Positions 60,136-64,000 of a stretch of 64,000 bases of DNA are shown in pieces. Location of the stretch: assembly GCA_030141605.1 (NCBI GenBank), contig JAQGDQ010000051.1, positions 124,001 through 188,000 on the forward strand. Reading direction: 5' to 3'. This DNA is from Tubiluchus corallicola. Its lineage: Eukaryota > Animalia > Priapulida. A program made the translations under genes and the position numbers. Under the pieces are notes generated by a model. The model was not told the origin of the DNA. It saw only the letters and a list, made by a program, of their open reading frames with translations, and did not search any database. Positions within the stretch are counted from its first letter, which is position 1. Each line of letters opens with the position of its first letter.

Positions 60136-60989
60136 CTACTTAGTTGCACTGTGAGAAAAAACATAAGAGTTGAACATGAATTAATAAAATGATGAAAGAA
60201 CAAAGCTGATCTTAGCATGTTCTTCAAAGCAGCATGTACTGCCTTTGGCTTAGTTGGTGTGCACAGTTTTGCATAGAGACTTACTAGAAACTTTAGTAGT
60301 ACTAAAGGTCACACTTTTTACGCATACTTTTTGCGTCGGTTTTACCATTTTACATTCTAACAAAGACAAGAGTGTTTCTTCACCAGAACTACATCTGATT
60401 AGAATTCGTTATTTTCAGAAAAGCTAGCACATCTCTGGCATCATTCAAAAAGACTCAAAAGAATAAATTTGAAAGACTGGCTTCACTTTCATTTTAAAGT
60501 AACAGGTCAGGGTATCCTATTCATACTGCTGCAAATGTTTTTCCTCGATAAATCGTAGTTTTTTTATTACCACAGTAGTGAAATTGTTGTGATTTAATTT
60601 ACATTGTCACATTAAACACTTTAAGGATGTTCAGTCACACCCAGTCAAAGTTATAATCTGGGTAAGCTATGTCATAATTTTGGAATTTCTATTATGTCAA
60701 TTGTTCACATTACTGAAATTAGACTAAAATTTTAAGTTTTAACTAAAATTAATTTTAAACATTAATGTGTTTTCCTTCGATGCACTAATACTAACAAAGG
60801 GCTCTGTTATATGTCATTCATTTATACGTATATATACGGTATATACATTATACCAGGGACTACTAAGTACACACAGAGAAGGGGGACAGAACGCTTGTTG
60901 TTTGTGGGAACAATGTTTAGGTTGACTGATAAAAATTAATACATTCAGTGAACTGAAAAAAAACGCAAAGTAACAGGATTCTACTAACA

Positions 60990-61620
60990 TTTAAACTGTT
61001 GAAAACACATTTTGCTAGACCAACTGTCTGCTTATCAAAGTTACATGGAAATAAAGCACAATCCGGAAGGGCTGTCCTTTTGATGGTAAACACTAACTAA
61101 ATCCATTCACTTGGCAGCTACAGGATTCTCTTTTCCATGAGGGACAAACCCCAGTGTTTGAGTTTTTTCAGAGACCCAACTGTTTCTGACACTTTTAAAT
61201 AAATGCACAGGATCAAACAGGAGATACAAAACTTTACTCTGATTAACTAGATGGGCTATTTTGTGTATGACATCTGAAGTGTTCAGAGGAAAATTCTTGC
61301 ATAGCATTTCACGTACCTGTTGATTTGCTGAATGATTATCAGACATTATAGCTACGCAATGTCCTCCTGCATTTTCGATTATCTCAAAAGATTGAAGTAA
61401 ATTTGTATACAAAACTGCTGTGGTTAGTTTGCATAGTGGAACAAACCGCAAAACATTATGACTTTCTAATCATCGAGGGCTTGACTGTGAAAGTTAAAAC
61501 AGTTTTTGCTAATTGCTCTGGATTATCAGCTACATGTCCAAAATGTGTGACGCCCACGGAAACGAGGACAAGTTATATTTTCGGCATTTACGTGCATAAG
61601 CTACCACTCAAGTAAGCAAA
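60990..61620 (-). pseudogene. P-element/THAP9-family DDE transposase remnant
   Basis: Frameshifted minus-strand peptides in order: FGHVADNPEQLAKTVLTF, VAIMSDNHSANQ, LYLLFDPVHLFKSVRNSW (the DxxHLxKxxRN motif of P-element transposases) and LFPCNFDKQTVGLAKCVFN. Stops and frameshifts are present, and no TIRs were located. Confidence 0.75.
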
Positions 61621-63146
61621 TATCATTCATGCAACCAAACAATCATTCAGGCAACCAAAACCCCATTCAAGTGAAAACACATGTATCCAGACTTTGGAAG
61701 TGCAAGCAACTGCTTTTCAGAATTCCTAACAGGTAAAAGTTATCTACCGATAAATTGTGTTTTGGTTCACAGCTCTCTAAATTTTTCCTTAATTATATGA
61801 CATCAGTTGCAAGTGCAATTTATATGTAACTGCTAGAGATTTAAAGCTGGTAGGTGGCCAACAGATTCAGCCACCTGATAATTGGACCCTACTAACTGAG
61901 ATCCAGTAATGATATGCAAGGCCAGTAATAAAAAGTGAATTTCACTCACAGATAAAACAGACTGCACAGCAAAGCTGCACCACTGATTGCTTTTGTATTT
62001 ATGTTCACAAGCACAAGTCTGCATGTTCACACCGAACTTTACAGATAATGGTGAAGCCAGTAGGATACCTAGTACCGTAAGCATTTCCGAGAAGTCAAGT
62101 AACATTGTGCTTTCAAGAAACCACAACTGTAGACTGCACTGAGTTTAGCAGTAATTGTAAATTTACTGAAATTTGTATTTTACTTTCAGCACTAGAATAG
62201 TATAATTATGGAGAACTCTACTCCCCTGTCAAAATTTTATAGGAATTGAGTGGTGTTGCAATATGCCAAATTGTACAAAGTCTACTATATCGTACATAGA
62301 ACAATTACTCATGGACAGACCACTTACTATCTGTACTACCAGTAATCCTAAACAACGTCAAAGAAAATCTTAGCAATAAGTTACCTTTTCTTTTACTGAA
62401 TCGTAATTCGATTTGCAGTAGCCGTCACTACACTTTCTAGGCATTATTGTATTTACTATCCTTTAGTAGTTTAACATTATTCAGAAAAAAAACAGTAAAA
62501 ATTTTAGCAGAAAACACTTTCTTGTTGCTTGCTCAAAACGTGTGGCACTTACATTGCGCCACCTCTAGTTCTTTTAGACAACAGAAGGCCAGCTTACCCA
62601 TTGTTTGCCACAGATCGCAAGTGCACCGTCCCGTGTTTTTCAACTGTATTTAGTAGCCCTAGTTATTCAATTTCAATTTATTTACCTCTTTGGAACACTA
62701 CAAAAGAACATTATTAATAACAGCATCAACAATAAGTTTTGACGAATGGTTACAATACTCAATAGATAGATCTAGAACTAGAGAAAGGACAGTGAAAAGA
62801 CTATAAAGTCACCTAGTCTGCTATCCTTAGCAGTACATGTGTTGTGGATATTTGTAGATCTATGGTTATATTTACTGAAGTAAGTTTCTTTTTTCCAGAC
62901 TTTCACTTTCTAGTAGTAGGCTCACGAGTAACAAATTCGCATAACGAGATGCAATAGTTTAGTTTATATAACGAAAAATAAGATGCACTATAAAAAAGCT
63001 GATTCTATCATTTCTGTAATACGCTTTTGTTGCATACCGCATCATTTCTGCAATCACTTTTGTTGCACACCACTTCTATTTACTTATTAATTATAAAGTG
63101 CGAATGAAGAAATTTAAATTGCTAAGAAAACGAAAATAAAATTTAC

Positions 63147-63660
63147 CAGCCTGTTCCGTGTTTACGATTCAGCTCCCCTGACTACCTCCTACGTCTATGG
63201 ACAATGAATTGCGGAATTCTAACGTTTTCGTTAACCAGCAAACATGCTACTAAAAAAACAAATAAATAAACTTGTTTTAACGACAGTCCGGGCTAAAAAC
63301 CCGTGCTGTGAAACGGAATCTGTGGAAAGCTTTTATTGTTGCGTTTATCTGTTCTTTCAATCAAAAAGGTTCCTGCTACTGGGTAGTGTTGACTGTGGGC
63401 CTTGCTGTAGTTGCGCTGTGTAATTTTAATTGAACCTGTATTTTTATACAATGTTGAGGTTTGGACCATAAAAGTTAAACAGCAGGAAGAAATTGACACT
63501 TTTCGAAGACGTCTCCTTTGAAATTTGTTAGGTAAAAATCGGCCTGAGAATATCCAATGTAGGGCGCCGAGTAAGCCACTAGCCGAAGTAGGACAGTTCC
63601 GGTAAAATGCATGTGCTAAATTTGCGGAAAAGCAGCGTCCTACATGGGTAGGACACTGGC
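63147..63660. promoter_or_regulatory. Candidate CpG-richer promoter or first-exon region for ABHD18, possibly bidirectional
   Basis: The acceptor before the ABHD18 ATG implies a 5' non-coding exon. A minus-strand donor CTG|GTAAAT lies at 63147/63146, plus-strand donor-like sites lie at 63531 and 63571, and CpG content is locally raised. Confidence 0.3.
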
Positions 63661-64000
63661 GATTGCTGTCGAGAATTATGACATAATTTTTTAGAAAAAA
63701 ATAACTTTATAATAATGATGGATACTCCTTGACAATTTACATTGTATTTTTTACAGTAATACTAATAACTAATATCATCGTTATTAATATTATTACTAGC
63801 TCCATTAATATCATCATAACATTCAACTAAGTATCTAATGTTTTAAAGAAGGAACTATGTAGGGCACATAGCTCGCTAGCCCATTTACTTAGTAGAAAAC
63901 AATGATTTGTCCAAGAGGTAGTGAAACACCGTGTCTGTGAAGCGAGACAAAATAAAAATGATATACCTTAAGCAAATGTTGGAATCGCATAAGAAGTGGG

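Overview
AT-rich eukaryotic (metazoan, most likely invertebrate) genomic DNA with GT-AG spliceosomal introns. No prokaryotic operons, CRISPR arrays or rRNA genes were seen. Four protein-coding genes could be reconstructed by hand. (1) The last three coding exons of FRG1 (+, 1610-3773). (2) A 14-exon SLC6 Na+/Cl--dependent glycine-transporter-like gene (+, 16435-34324; its start exon is uncertain). (3) A single-exon FAM181-family gene with a YAP-like TEAD-binding Omega-loop (-, 45208-46191). (4) A complete 9-exon ABHD18 CDS (-, 49162-60117). Introns and intergenic DNA hold a head-to-tail trimer of non-autonomous Helitron units, a hAT-type non-autonomous element with TIRs and an 8-bp TSD, decayed CR1/L2-type LINEs, a P-element/THAP9-type transposase remnant, tRNA-derived SINEs, a long inverted repeat and several minisatellites. 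I found no convincing novel multi-gene system. The most notable observations are the Helitron array with an exact CTAG|TC junction and compensatory hairpin changes, the mixed GlyT1/GlyT2 residues of the transporter, and FAM181 with CRE and TEAD-like motifs upstream. All calls come from manual reading and recalled family motifs; no searches were run.
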